Positions 9,053 through 18,599 of a DNA stretch of 64,000 nt are shown here, in pieces. The stretch is from Spirochaetota bacterium (GTDB taxonomy: Bacteria > Spirochaetota > UBA4802 > UBA5550), in assembly GCA_963664815.2 (NCBI GenBank), contig CAXXHB010000003.1, positions 2,208,001 through 2,272,000 on the forward strand, read 5' to 3'. Under the pieces are notes generated by a model. It was not told the DNA's origin, searched no databases, and saw only the letters and a list, made by a program, of their open reading frames with translations. Both the position numbers and the translations under genes were made by a program. Every line of letters begins with the position of its first letter. Positions within the stretch are counted from its first letter, which is position 1.

Positions 9053-11704
9053 ATGAATTATAAAGAATCTTTCCTGGAGAGGATCAACAGGGAGATGTCG
9101 GTTTTCAATTTTGAACAGTCTCTCCGTTTTCCGAAAGATGACACCCTGACCATAGATCTTCACTGTCATGACAAAAACAGCAGTGAGCCGGATGAAATTA
9201 TCGGAAGAATGCTTAATATCCCTGAAACATGGCTGCCCACTGAAGAGCTTATAGAAACTCTAAAAAACCATAATTGCGACACATTTACAGTTACAAATCA
9301 TAACAACGCCCGCTCCTGTTATGAACTGCAGGATAAGGGATATGATGTACTTACCGGCTCAGAATTCAGCTGCACCGTTCCCGACTACAACACGAAGATA
9401 CATGTTCTTGCATATGGCTTTAACCCTTCGGAAGAGGAAAAACTGCTTAAGTACAGGAATGATATTTACAGGTTTCAGAGATTCGCCCTGGAGAATAATA
9501 TACCGACAATATGGGCACATCCCCTTTATCACTATGAAGAGAATGCGCGTCTGTCGATGGAGTTCTTTGACAAGATGTCTCTTGTATTTGAAAGATTCGA
9601 GGTTATAAACGGTCAGAGAGATACATGGCAGAATCTCCTTGTCAGGAAGTGGGTTGAATCAATGGGGAGTAATAATCTCGAAAAGTATGAAAAAAAATTC
9701 GGTATAAAAGCTGCAGATTACTGCCGTAATCCATACAGAAAAGGAATGTTCGGAGGTTCTGATTCACATATGGGTATATTTACCGGCCTTACCGGAACAA
9801 GGTTATACGTAAATAAACTGGAGGAGAAGCTTAAAATCCGATCGCGCAGTTCACTTGCGCTTGAAGCACTTCTTGACGGAGATTCAGCTCCCTTCGGCGG
9901 ATACAACAACACCGAAAAGATGACAGTAACATTCCTTGACTATTTCTGCCAGATTGTTATAAATATGAAAGATCCAGGACTTCTGCGCCTTCTGCTTCAT
10001 AAGGGTGATACGAAGGATAAACTCCTTTCATTTATGGCAATAAACGGTTTCGCCGAACTGCAGAGACACAAGCTTACAGTTAATTTTCTTACCCTGTTTC
10101 ACCAGTGTCTGAAGGGTGAAACCCCCGGTTTCGCAAAAAAGCTTATGGTGCCAAAAGACTACAAGGATATTTTCACTGAAGCTGCGTCCATGGCCGATGT
10201 CCGGAGGAAAAATCCGGAAAATATGGCTGAATCTTTTGACAGTTCAATAAAAAAAATACATAAATCGCTCTTTGACCTTATGTTCAGCAGGCTTGATTAT
10301 AAACTTAAACAGATGAATATAGAAGGGGGTACTTCGATAAAAGACGCTGAAGAATTCATCAGCACGCTTGAACTCCCTGTTCACTTCCGTAAACTCTTTG
10401 AGATAAGGGGTAAAAAAAGAAAGAACGGGATAACTATTATCAATGCCCCCGACTTTCTTGACGGCCTCACCTTTCCCTTCCTGGCCTCATCAGTAATTGC
10501 TGCCGCTGATTACGCCTCAAGCAGGGTAATGTACAAATCAAGAGAGATGCTGAACGCCTTCTCCGAAAAACTGGATGACCTTAAACTTCCGAAAAAGATG
10601 TTATGGCTCACAGATACATTTGAAGATGGGAACGGTGTATCAATGTTTCTGAGACACATGCTTGACGAAATAAAGGAGAGAAACCTCCCGATAGATATCC
10701 TTGTATGCAGCGAAGCAGTAAATCCGGAAGAGCATCTTGTTGTTATGAAACCTGCAGCGGTATACACACCCTCTTTTTACAAAGAACAGCCGATAAGGAT
10801 CCCCAACATTATGGATATTCATTCACATTTCAGGGATGGGGAATATGACAGAATTCTCTGCTCGACAGAGGGACCGATGGGACTTGTTTCCATTTATCTG
10901 AAAATGGCATATTCTGTCCCGGCATACTTCTTTGTGCATACGGACTGGATTACATTTGCCAGATCAACCCTTAATTTCAGTGACCCGGCAATGAACAGAC
11001 TGAGAAGAATCCTGCGCGGATTTTACAGGTCATACGACGGTGTTCTGGTACTTAACAAGGAGCAGAAAAAGTGGTTCAGCGGTCCTGATATGGAGTTTAA
11101 AAAAACAGAGGTAAAGCTTACCTCTCACTGGGTTGATGAAAAATTCAGAAAAACTGATGCATTAAAATCAGTCATGTTCAGCATCAGCAACGATAAACCT
11201 GTTCTTCTCTATGTCGGAAGAATCAGCGAGGAAAAAGGTGTAAATGAACTCCCGTATATATATAAACGTGTAAAGGAGGAATATCCGGATATGCAGATGG
11301 TAATAGCCGGAAAAGGCCCGGAAGAGGAAAGGCTTAAAACCGAAATGCCCGATGCCATATTCCTCGGATGGGTTGAGCATAATTCTCTTCCTGATATATA
11401 CTCCTCGTCTGATCTTCTGATACTCCCGTCAAGGTTCGATACATTCGGCAATGTTATCGTTGAGGCATTCGCCTGCGGATGCCCTGTGGTTTCATACAAT
11501 ACAAAGGGTCCCAGGGATATAATAGAAAATGAAAAATCAGGTTACCTGGTGAACACGAAAGAGAAAATGGCTGAAGCTGTTATCTCACACTTTAAAAAAG
11601 GAAAGGGGATGAATGCCATGAAAGAAGCAGCATCTGCAAGATCAAAAGATTTTACTGCGGACAGTATTATCGGGAAACTTCTGAAAGATACAGAACTTCT
11701 CTGA
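9053..11704 (+). CDS. PHP-domain phosphoesterase fused to GT4 glycosyltransferase
   Basis: N-terminal PHP motifs IDLHCHD, TNHN, GSEF, WAHP, FEVING, GGSDSH; C-terminal GT4 motifs TDTFEDGNGV, YVGRISEEKG, DTFGNVIVEAFACG. Confidence 0.88.
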   Translation: MNYKESFLERINREMSVFNFEQSLRFPKDDTLTIDLHCHDKNSSEPDEIIGRMLNIPETWLPTEELIETLKNHNCDTFTVTNHNNARSCYELQDKGYDVLTGSEFSCTVPDYNTKIHVLAYGFNPSEEEKLLKYRNDIYRFQRFALENNIPTIWAHPLYHYEENARLSMEFFDKMSLVFERFEVINGQRDTWQNLLVRKWVESMGSNNLEKYEKKFGIKAADYCRNPYRKGMFGGSDSHMGIFTGLTGTRLYVNKLEEKLKIRSRSSLALEALLDGDSAPFGGYNNTEKMTVTFLDYFCQIVINMKDPGLLRLLLHKGDTKDKLLSFMAINGFAELQRHKLTVNFLTLFHQCLKGETPGFAKKLMVPKDYKDIFTEAASMADVRRKNPENMAESFDSSIKKIHKSLFDLMFSRLDYKLKQMNIEGGTSIKDAEEFISTLELPVHFRKLFEIRGKKRKNGITIINAPDFLDGLTFPFLASSVIAAADYASSRVMYKSREMLNAFSEKLDDLKLPKKMLWLTDTFEDGNGVSMFLRHMLDEIKERNLPIDILVCSEAVNPEEHLVVMKPAAVYTPSFYKEQPIRIPNIMDIHSHFRDGEYDRILCSTEGPMGLVSIYLKMAYSVPAYFFVHTDWITFARSTLNFSDPAMNRLRRILRGFYRSYDGVLVLNKEQKKWFSGPDMEFKKTEVKLTSHWVDEKFRKTDALKSVMFSISNDKPVLLYVGRISEEKGVNELPYIYKRVKEEYPDMQMVIAGKGPEEERLKTEMPDAIFLGWVEHNSLPDIYSSSDLLILPSRFDTFGNVIVEAFACGCPVVSYNTKGPRDIIENEKSGYLVNTKEKMAEAVISHFKKGKGMNAMKEAASARSKDFTADSIIGKLLKDTELL

Positions 11705-11705
11705 C

Positions 11706-13313
11706 ATGACTGAAACTCAATGGTGGAAAACCGGGGTAATCTATCAGATATATCCCAGGAGTTTTTATGACAGCAATGATGACGGGATTGGAGACCTTAA
11801 AGGTATTACCGCAAAGCTTGATTATCTTTCATGGCTTGGAATAGACGCCATATGGCTATCCCCGGTAAACAGTTCCCCGATGTATGATTTCGGATACGAT
11901 ATATCCGATTATTATGATATAGATACACGTTACGGCACTCTCGATAATTTTGACGAACTGATCATAAAAGCCCATGAACGCGGTATAAGAATTATCATGG
12001 ATCTTGTTGTCAATCACACATCATATCTTCACAAATGGTTTATTGAATCCCGCTCATCAAGAGACAACAGAAAACGTGACTGGTATATCTGGCACGAGGG
12101 TAAAAAGGGGGAACCTCCGAATAACTGGAAATCAGCTTTCGGCGGCAGCGCCTGGGAGTTTGACAACCATACCGGAGAATACTATCTCCATTCATTCTTA
12201 AAAGAACAGCCCGACCTTAACTGGCGTAACCCGGCCATGAGAAAGTCTGTCTATAAAATGATGCGGTTCTGGCTTGATAAAGGTGTAGACGGTTTCAGGC
12301 TGGATGTTGTCAACTGGTTTGTCAAGGATGACAGATTCCGCAGCAATCCATTCACCATAAAACCCCTTGATCCCGAAAAGCATAAATATGACCGGAACCG
12401 CCCGGAGGTGCATGAATACATTCGTGAACTGAGAGGAGTTATTAATGAATATAAAAGCAGGATGACTGTCGGCGAAGTTTTTACACTCCCGCCGGGAAAT
12501 CCGGAGCTCTCGGCTTCATTTCTGGGAAACGGTACCGATGAGCTGCACCTTACATTTGATTTTTCAATAATGTACAGATTCTGGAACGCAAGGCGTTTTT
12601 ACAAATGTATAAAAAAATGGTCTTCGGTGATTCCGGAAAACGGCTGGCAGTGCAATGTCCTGTCAAATCATGACCAGCCCCGGGGCAGAAGCAGATTTAT
12701 GGGTGGAGCTGATTCCGAAAAACGCGCAAGAGTCGCCGCTGTTTTTCTGCTTACAATCAAAGGCACTCCGTTTTTATATTATGGAGAGGAGCTTGGCATG
12801 AAGAATACCCGGCTAAACAGAAATGAAATAGTTGACCCCTTAGGAAAAAAATACTGGCCGGTATACAGAGGCAGAGACTGTTCCCGGACTCCAATGCTCT
12901 GGTCAGGGAAACATAATGCCGGCTTTTCGCAGGTCAAACCCTGGCTCCCTGTAGACAGCGATTATAAAAAAATCAATGTAAAAACCCAGACAGCCGACAG
13001 ATATTCCATTCTTAACCATTATAAAAACGCCATTCAACTCCGTAAATCCCATAAAGCTCTTTCTGAAGGTGATTTCACACCGCTCCTGAGAGGATTCAAT
13101 AATGTACTCGGTTATTTCAGAATTCATGATAATGAAACTTTTTTTATCATTCTGAACTTTTCGTCTAAAGAAAAGAGCGTTCATGCCGGACACTCTGCCC
13201 AGTGGAGGGTAATGTTATCCACCCACCGGACGCGTTATGAGCATTTCACCTCGTTGAACATGAATCTGGCTCCATACGAGGCTACTGTGCTTATGAGAAT
13301 AGGTGAGCTATGA
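11706..13313 (+). CDS. GH13 alpha-glucosidase / oligo-1,6-glucosidase
   Basis: Motifs WWKTGVIYQIYPRSF, DLVVNHTS, QPDLNW, GFRLDV, GEV, SNHD. Confidence 0.93.
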   Translation: MTETQWWKTGVIYQIYPRSFYDSNDDGIGDLKGITAKLDYLSWLGIDAIWLSPVNSSPMYDFGYDISDYYDIDTRYGTLDNFDELIIKAHERGIRIIMDLVVNHTSYLHKWFIESRSSRDNRKRDWYIWHEGKKGEPPNNWKSAFGGSAWEFDNHTGEYYLHSFLKEQPDLNWRNPAMRKSVYKMMRFWLDKGVDGFRLDVVNWFVKDDRFRSNPFTIKPLDPEKHKYDRNRPEVHEYIRELRGVINEYKSRMTVGEVFTLPPGNPELSASFLGNGTDELHLTFDFSIMYRFWNARRFYKCIKKWSSVIPENGWQCNVLSNHDQPRGRSRFMGGADSEKRARVAAVFLLTIKGTPFLYYGEELGMKNTRLNRNEIVDPLGKKYWPVYRGRDCSRTPMLWSGKHNAGFSQVKPWLPVDSDYKKINVKTQTADRYSILNHYKNAIQLRKSHKALSEGDFTPLLRGFNNVLGYFRIHDNETFFIILNFSSKEKSVHAGHSAQWRVMLSTHRTRYEHFTSLNMNLAPYEATVLMRIGEL

Positions 13314-13337
13314 CTTCACAACCATATTTCAGATTAA

Positions 13338-14138
13338 TCATGGAATCAATATTTTTTCCTTTTCCGGAACTGAATTCATTTCATTATCAGGCACATATAT
13401 TATTTCCGCACCACCCTCACCCTTAAGAAGCCTGAAAGCGTTATCAATGGCGGCTGCAATATCCTTTGCCGGTTCAGAAGATATATCCCCATGACCTGGA
13501 TAAATCTCATTAATCTGTCTTGTCTGAAGTGACTTAAGAGAGTTTATATAATCCCCTATACTTCCCGATTCCGCTATTACCGGAAGTTTTCCACCCGAAA
13601 ACAGAGTATCCCCCGTAAACATGAATTTTTTTTCAGGTTCATAAACACATATTGATCCTGAAGTATGGCCCGGAGTATGAATAATATCAAGGGCATAATT
13701 ACCAAGGTCAATTCTGCTCCTGCTCTCCAGCCATAAGTGAACATGCATCGATATATCATTAGCATCCCCCGACCTGTAGAGAGTTACATACCTGTCATCA
13801 TAGGCCATTTTGGTAGCTGCAAACCTGTGGGCCGCAATAAGCGCATGTTCCTGAAAATACCTGTTTGCTCCGATGTGATCAAAATGTTCATGTGTATTAA
13901 CTACAACATAAATATCCCTTACCTTCATTCCGATATAATGAAGCGATTCCTTCAGATCAGAGTAGTTGCTGTCAAGACCCGAATCGATCAGCATATTACC
14001 CCGGGTTCCCCGTATTACATAGCTGTGACTCCCTCTGTTTTTCCCGCGCAGCCTGAAAACTCCGTCATGAAGCATTTTAACATCTCCTGCAACCACAGTT
14101 TTAAACCTCCATTCCAGCATGGACAGCCGGTTCATCAA
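13338..14138 (-). CDS. MBL-fold metallo-hydrolase
   Basis: Motifs THEHFDHIG, HTPGHT, TGDTLF, PGHG. Confidence 0.9.
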   Translation of the reverse strand: MMNRLSMLEWRFKTVVAGDVKMLHDGVFRLRGKNRGSHSYVIRGTRGNMLIDSGLDSNYSDLKESLHYIGMKVRDIYVVVNTHEHFDHIGANRYFQEHALIAAHRFAATKMAYDDRYVTLYRSGDANDISMHVHLWLESRSRIDLGNYALDIIHTPGHTSGSICVYEPEKKFMFTGDTLFSGGKLPVIAESGSIGDYINSLKSLQTRQINEIYPGHGDISSEPAKDIAAAIDNAFRLLKGEGGAEIIYVPDNEMNSVPEKEKILIP

Positions 14139-14439
14139 AAATAAACAATCTCTTCAGACCGGTTACGTTAAGATATTTTTTTAATGATAATCCCGTTGAC
14201 CGTATTTTCAGAATACCACCCGCCTGCTCCACCTCTTTTTTAAAGGAATTAATCAACGCCACATGATAAAACATCTCTCTTCCATCCTCAAGACCATCGA
14301 CATCGAGAATAACTGTTTCCGGATAGTTGATTTCAAGCCCCCTGATAAATGAACCGGCAGACATAACAGTTCCCCCGTCGATTTTTCCTTTTACTTCAAC
14401 AATTGTATGATCTTTCATCTTTCGGAATTTATAATCCAT
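14101..14439 (-). CDS. STAS-like (anti-sigma antagonist-like) protein
   Basis: Size and the pattern 'IVEVKGKID...VILDV...KEVEQAGGILKI...LNVTGLKRLF'; the canonical phospho-Ser motif DSSG is absent. Confidence 0.65.
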   Translation of the reverse strand: MDYKFRKMKDHTIVEVKGKIDGGTVMSAGSFIRGLEINYPETVILDVDGLEDGREMFYHVALINSFKKEVEQAGGILKIRSTGLSLKKYLNVTGLKRLFIFDEPAVHAGMEV

Positions 14440-14547
14440 TTTTCACTCCATTGGTTTTTTAATGCACTGTAAACATACCAATAAAGCGTCAGTATTTATT
14501 AAGGATATTATCAATTTATAATAAATTTTCACATCCGGACAATTCAT

Positions 14548-16293
14548 TCAAATTCTGAAAAGAGCCACCTTTCCCATAAGCTTTTCAGACATGGCCGTTA
14601 CCTCTTCGGCTCCGGAAGCAAGCTCCTCAGAACCTGAACTGATTACTTCAGTTCCATGATTAATTTTATCCATCAGTTTATTTATCTCCATTACAGATTG
14701 CTTCTGTTCTCTTGTTGTTTTCCTTATTACATCGGACATGTTGCGTATTTCATAAGCCTCCTGCTGTATACTCTCCTTGGTTCCAAGCTGTTTTTTTATC
14801 TGTACCTCAAGCCCTTCTATCCACGCCCTGATATTATTAAAACCCCCGATAATTACCCCTATCACTTTCACAGTTGTTTCAACATGAACATGCGAATCCC
14901 CAAGCTCACGCTCATTGTCTTTTATTATTCTGCTTATTTCATTTATACTTCTTGAAGTCGCATCGGCAAGTTTTGATATTTCACCGGCCACTACTGCAAA
15001 ACCGCGACCTGCATATCCTGCCCTTGCCGCCTCAATTGCCGCATTAAGTGAAAGAAGATTAACGCTGTCCGATATTTCATTTATCATTGTTACAATATTA
15101 TTCATATCAGATGAACGATCTTCAAGCCTTGTAATGCTGCCGAGCATTTTTTTAAGCGACAAATCACCTTTTTCAGCATTTTCCGATATGAATTCAATAA
15201 TCTCAACTGCGTCAGCCGCTTTTTCATCAATACTGTGGATAATCTCCGAAAGAGTGCTCATAATCTGTATGAGATTATTCATTTTCTCAAATTCATTATC
15301 AATCTGAACCGCTACATTTTCTACATCGCCCGTTATCCGCTTTACTGTTTTTGCAACTTCCATGGAAGAATTATTCTGGTCCTCGGCTTTTTCTGCAAAT
15401 GATACCGATATTGCAGAGAGCTCCTCTGCTGATGCAGAAAGATTTATTGAGGTTTCGTTAATTTCTATAATAACTCCTTTTATATTTTTCACGAAGCTGT
15501 TAAAATGACTTACCATCAATCCTATTTCATCCTCAAACTCGGTATGAAGCACAGTGTTAAGATCGCTGTTTGAAATACCTTCAACAATGTCCTGTATAGG
15601 TTTTGAAATATCACGTGCAAACAGAAAAAGCATTCCAACAGCAATAGCCGATATAATCATAGCTGCAATTATGACTTTAATATAAAGAGTAAATATCTCG
15701 TTTCTGATATCTTCGATGTAAACCGATGATCCGACTATAAGATTAAAGGGCTGGTAATATTTCACATATGAGATTACAGTGACTAATCTGGTCACCTCAG
15801 ATTTATACTGTGCATTATACTCTATAAATCCCTCTCCGCTCTTTCTGCATATTTCAATCATTCTGCTGTATGCATCCTTTTTTCCGGCATCAGTGAACGA
15901 AGAAATGTTTTTCCCCACAAGATCCTCTCTGTACGGCATTGAGTTGATTACGCCGTCAGATTTAATCAGCCATACAAAATCCGAATGATCTGCGCCATAC
16001 CTGAACTTTCCTGTATAATAGACTGCCCTGTTCTCAGCTTCATCCACATCCATACGTCCGTTCTCAGATTCAAATTTAAGCGCATCCATAAGACTTATTG
16101 ATATATCTACAATATCCCTGAGCTCTCTTTTTTTCTTTTCCATGCTTTCGGTTTTTATTGATGGTATAAAATATAACATAGTTATTAAGGCAAAAAGAAA
16201 TATGAACGATATACCCATAAAAATAATTTTATTTTTTAATTTTATACGACGCCAGAATCTTATCATATTTTCTCCGATATTCCGTATTATCAA
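14548..16293 (-). CDS. Methyl-accepting chemotaxis protein with periplasmic single Cache domain
   Basis: Two TM helices flanking a Cache-like domain (FRYG...LVGKN...D..GK...GSSVYIEDI), a HAMP, and the MCP hairpin [31 protein letters not shown]. Confidence 0.93.
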   Translation of the reverse strand: MIIRNIGENMIRFWRRIKLKNKIIFMGISFIFLFALITMLYFIPSIKTESMEKKKRELRDIVDISISLMDALKFESENGRMDVDEAENRAVYYTGKFRYGADHSDFVWLIKSDGVINSMPYREDLVGKNISSFTDAGKKDAYSRMIEICRKSGEGFIEYNAQYKSEVTRLVTVISYVKYYQPFNLIVGSSVYIEDIRNEIFTLYIKVIIAAMIISAIAVGMLFLFARDISKPIQDIVEGISNSDLNTVLHTEFEDEIGLMVSHFNSFVKNIKGVIIEINETSINLSASAEELSAISVSFAEKAEDQNNSSMEVAKTVKRITGDVENVAVQIDNEFEKMNNLIQIMSTLSEIIHSIDEKAADAVEIIEFISENAEKGDLSLKKMLGSITRLEDRSSDMNNIVTMINEISDSVNLLSLNAAIEAARAGYAGRGFAVVAGEISKLADATSRSINEISRIIKDNERELGDSHVHVETTVKVIGVIIGGFNNIRAWIEGLEVQIKKQLGTKESIQQEAYEIRNMSDVIRKTTREQKQSVMEINKLMDKINHGTEVISSGSEELASGAEEVTAMSEKLMGKVALFRI

Positions 16294-16477
16294 ATAACAG
16301 CTGATAACGATTTAATAATTCACTGTTCGTTAACTGCTGCAGTTAACAATTCATCAGCTTTACTGATGAGAATATCACCACCTTACCATACCTGACGCTG
16401 AAACAGATAAAGATATGTTAATGGATTATAAAATATATATGAAGATTTACATATGACCTTTACAGATATATCTTTCA

Positions 16478-16506
16478 TTGACAGAAAACGGGAATACTGT
16501 TACAGT
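16478..16506 (+). promoter_or_regulatory. Sigma70-type promoter
   Basis: TTGACA-17 bp-TACAGT with an extended -10 TG. Confidence 0.55.
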
Positions 16507-16512
16507 GTAATT

Positions 16513-16627
16513 CTGAATATACATGAGCTTATCTGTTGTACACGAAACCGGAACACCTGCATTTTGGTACGACAGTGCTCGCCAACCGGGGTGATAGCCC
16601 GTACCGAAGTGTCAGGAGCAAAAAAAT
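16513..16627 (+). ncRNA. Candidate structured non-coding RNA or leader (unidentified)
   Basis: GC-rich island in an AT-rich spacer downstream of the promoter. Helices ctgttgtac/gtacgacag, gagc/gctc and cggg/cccg, plus an alternative ttggtacg/cgtaccga. Confidence 0.35.
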
Positions 16628-16699
16628 AATTCTATGTTGACAAACAAGCTATTTGTCTGTATCAGTTAATTAAAATTATTGATAAAAAATTATTCATCT

Positions 16700-17080
16700 A
16701 TGATTGATATAAGCAAACAGATAACTTTCTGGCAGGATGGGGCTTCTGAAGATTTCGAAGTATCCCGGGAACTAATATTAAATAAAAGAATTCGCCAGGG
16801 ATTATTTTTTCTTCACCTTTCTCTGGAAAAACTGATAAAAGCGCATGTTTGTAAAAATATAGATGACATCGCCCCCAGAATTCATAATTTAACCCGATTG
16901 TCTGAAATGACATCACTCTGCCTTGAGCAGGATTATAAGGATATATTTGCAGAATTGAACGCCTTTAATATTGAAGGGAGATATCCTGATTCCAACATTG
17001 TCCCTGTTTCACAGAATGAAGCAATTGATTATCTCAGTCGTGCTGAAAAGGTATTTAAATGGTTGATGAATCAGTTATAA
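16700..17080 (+). CDS. HEPN domain protein (HEPN/MNT toxin-antitoxin)
   Basis: Motifs FFLHLSLEKLIKA, PRIHNL, IEGRYP; adjacent to an MNT gene. Confidence 0.85.
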   Translation: MIDISKQITFWQDGASEDFEVSRELILNKRIRQGLFFLHLSLEKLIKAHVCKNIDDIAPRIHNLTRLSEMTSLCLEQDYKDIFAELNAFNIEGRYPDSNIVPVSQNEAIDYLSRAEKVFKWLMNQL

Positions 17081-17388
17081 CAATTGTTAAAAATTATTTG
17101 AATAAACTGGAAGACTCCGGATTTGAAAAATGTTTTGCAGTAATTTATGGTTCGCAGGTAACAGGTAGAAGTGACGTCTGGAGTGATATAGACCTGCTTG
17201 TTGTCTCTCCATTATTTGACAGGGGCATCAAAAGGGAACATGTTAATATGCTCTGGCGTATAGCAGCCGGCATAGACAGCCGTATTGAACCCGTTCCCGT
17301 TGGCAGGCTTCAATATGATACAGATGACGGAAATGCCATAATAGAAATAGCAAGACGCCACGGACAAATAATATCACCTGCGGCATAA
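17059..17388 (+). CDS. Minimal nucleotidyltransferase (MNT) antitoxin
   Basis: IYGSQVTG.....SDIDLLVVS motif; overlaps the HEPN gene. Confidence 0.88.
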   Translation: MVDESVITIVKNYLNKLEDSGFEKCFAVIYGSQVTGRSDVWSDIDLLVVSPLFDRGIKREHVNMLWRIAAGIDSRIEPVPVGRLQYDTDDGNAIIEIARRHGQIISPAA

Positions 17389-17414
17389 TATTTTACTGCA
17401 CAGTCATTTCCTTA

Positions 17415-18599
17415 TCACATATACTTCATAATCAGCAGCGACATATCATCCCCCTGCGCATTTCCGAATCTCCAGCTTTTCAGTTCTTCAAAAACAATAT
17501 TTTTAATCTGTTCTATTGCACTTTTACGGTATTTCATTGCAAGGGAGAGTATCTTCTGCTCTCCAAAACACTTGTCTGCCAGGTTAATCTGTTCGGGCAG
17601 ACCGTCAGTATATGACAGAAGCATATCCCCCTGTCCTAGTCTTAATTTCGCTTTAACCGGAACCAGTTCCTTTTTTATTCCAAGAGGAAGATTGTCATTA
17701 TTTGCGGAAGCCTGAGCTGCCGTACCCTCTTTTAACAGGTAAACCATTGAATGCCCCATATCGTACAGGTCAAGTTCCCCTGTTATTTCATTGAAATCAA
17801 TGAATATCCCTGTCAGAAAAATCTCCCCATCAAACAGTCCGTGAATATATGAATTGATTCTGCAGATAAGCCCGTCTATACCGCTGCTGAAATCATAGGC
17901 AGCATACATACTGCTTACCGCCACAGATATCAGCCCGGCATTCAATCCTTTGCCTGAAACATCGCAGAGTGAAATAAACCAGCGTTTATCTCCTATCTCA
18001 CGGACGTACTGGAAATCACCCCCGGTTTCACCCGCCATCATCATATATCCGGCAACAGACATTCTGCGTGACTCAATATAAATTTCATCCCTGACAATGG
18101 CAGAATGAATTCTCCTGGCTGCTTTAAGCTCACGGGTCATCATGTCCGAAAGAAAAAGAACAAGATCAAATGTTGATATTAAGCCCCTGTAACTGTTTTC
18201 CGTATCAATCAGGATATAGAACCTGTTGTATACCGATCTTAACTCATCCGAGAGCTCATCTATGACTGAAAAGGTATTCCTTTTATAATAGATCATTTCA
18301 GCCGGCCTGACTACATCCTTAATACTTTTGTTAAGGTAAAGCTCTCTTCCGAACATCTGTCCTATCAGTGAAAACAGCTCATTTCTTATAATAACACCTG
18401 TAGCCTTGCCGTTTATGTCTGCAACACCAAGCGCCTGCATTCCGCTGTTGCCGGTGAAAATCTCAGCCGCATCTCCTACTGTGCATTCATCAGTTATATA
18501 ACAGGCAGTGGATATCCTTTTGCAAATAAGCTCGCCGCCGCCATTCTCCCTTTCAACTGACTTTAGTATGCTGTTTATCAATTCCGGTGTTGTTTTCAT
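17415..18599 (-). CDS. CBS-pair + SpoIIE/PP2C protein phosphatase
   Basis: N-terminal CBS-like repeats; GGDF, DVSGKG, GH, YTDGL, DDMS. Confidence 0.88.
   Translation of the reverse strand: MKTTPELINSILKSVERENGGGELICKRISTACYITDECTVGDAAEIFTGNSGMQALGVADINGKATGVIIRNELFSLIGQMFGRELYLNKSIKDVVRPAEMIYYKRNTFSVIDELSDELRSVYNRFYILIDTENSYRGLISTFDLVLFLSDMMTRELKAARRIHSAIVRDEIYIESRRMSVAGYMMMAGETGGDFQYVREIGDKRWFISLCDVSGKGLNAGLISVAVSSMYAAYDFSSGIDGLICRINSYIHGLFDGEIFLTGIFIDFNEITGELDLYDMGHSMVYLLKEGTAAQASANNDNLPLGIKKELVPVKAKLRLGQGDMLLSYTDGLPEQINLADKCFGEQKILSLAMKYRKSAIEQIKNIVFEELKSWRFGNAQGDDMSLLIMKYM

Noticed and set aside
16355-16415. Hammerhead-like CTGATGAG...GAAAC
   Set aside because: Stem II and stem III cannot form; CTGATG is instead paired in a local catcag/ctgatg hairpin.
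16576-16610. Resemblance to a 23S rRNA segment or group II intron 5' end (GGTGATAGCCCGTA)
   Set aside because: The match covers only a short hairpin, with no flanking rRNA or intron domains and no RT gene; kept only as an unidentified RNA candidate.
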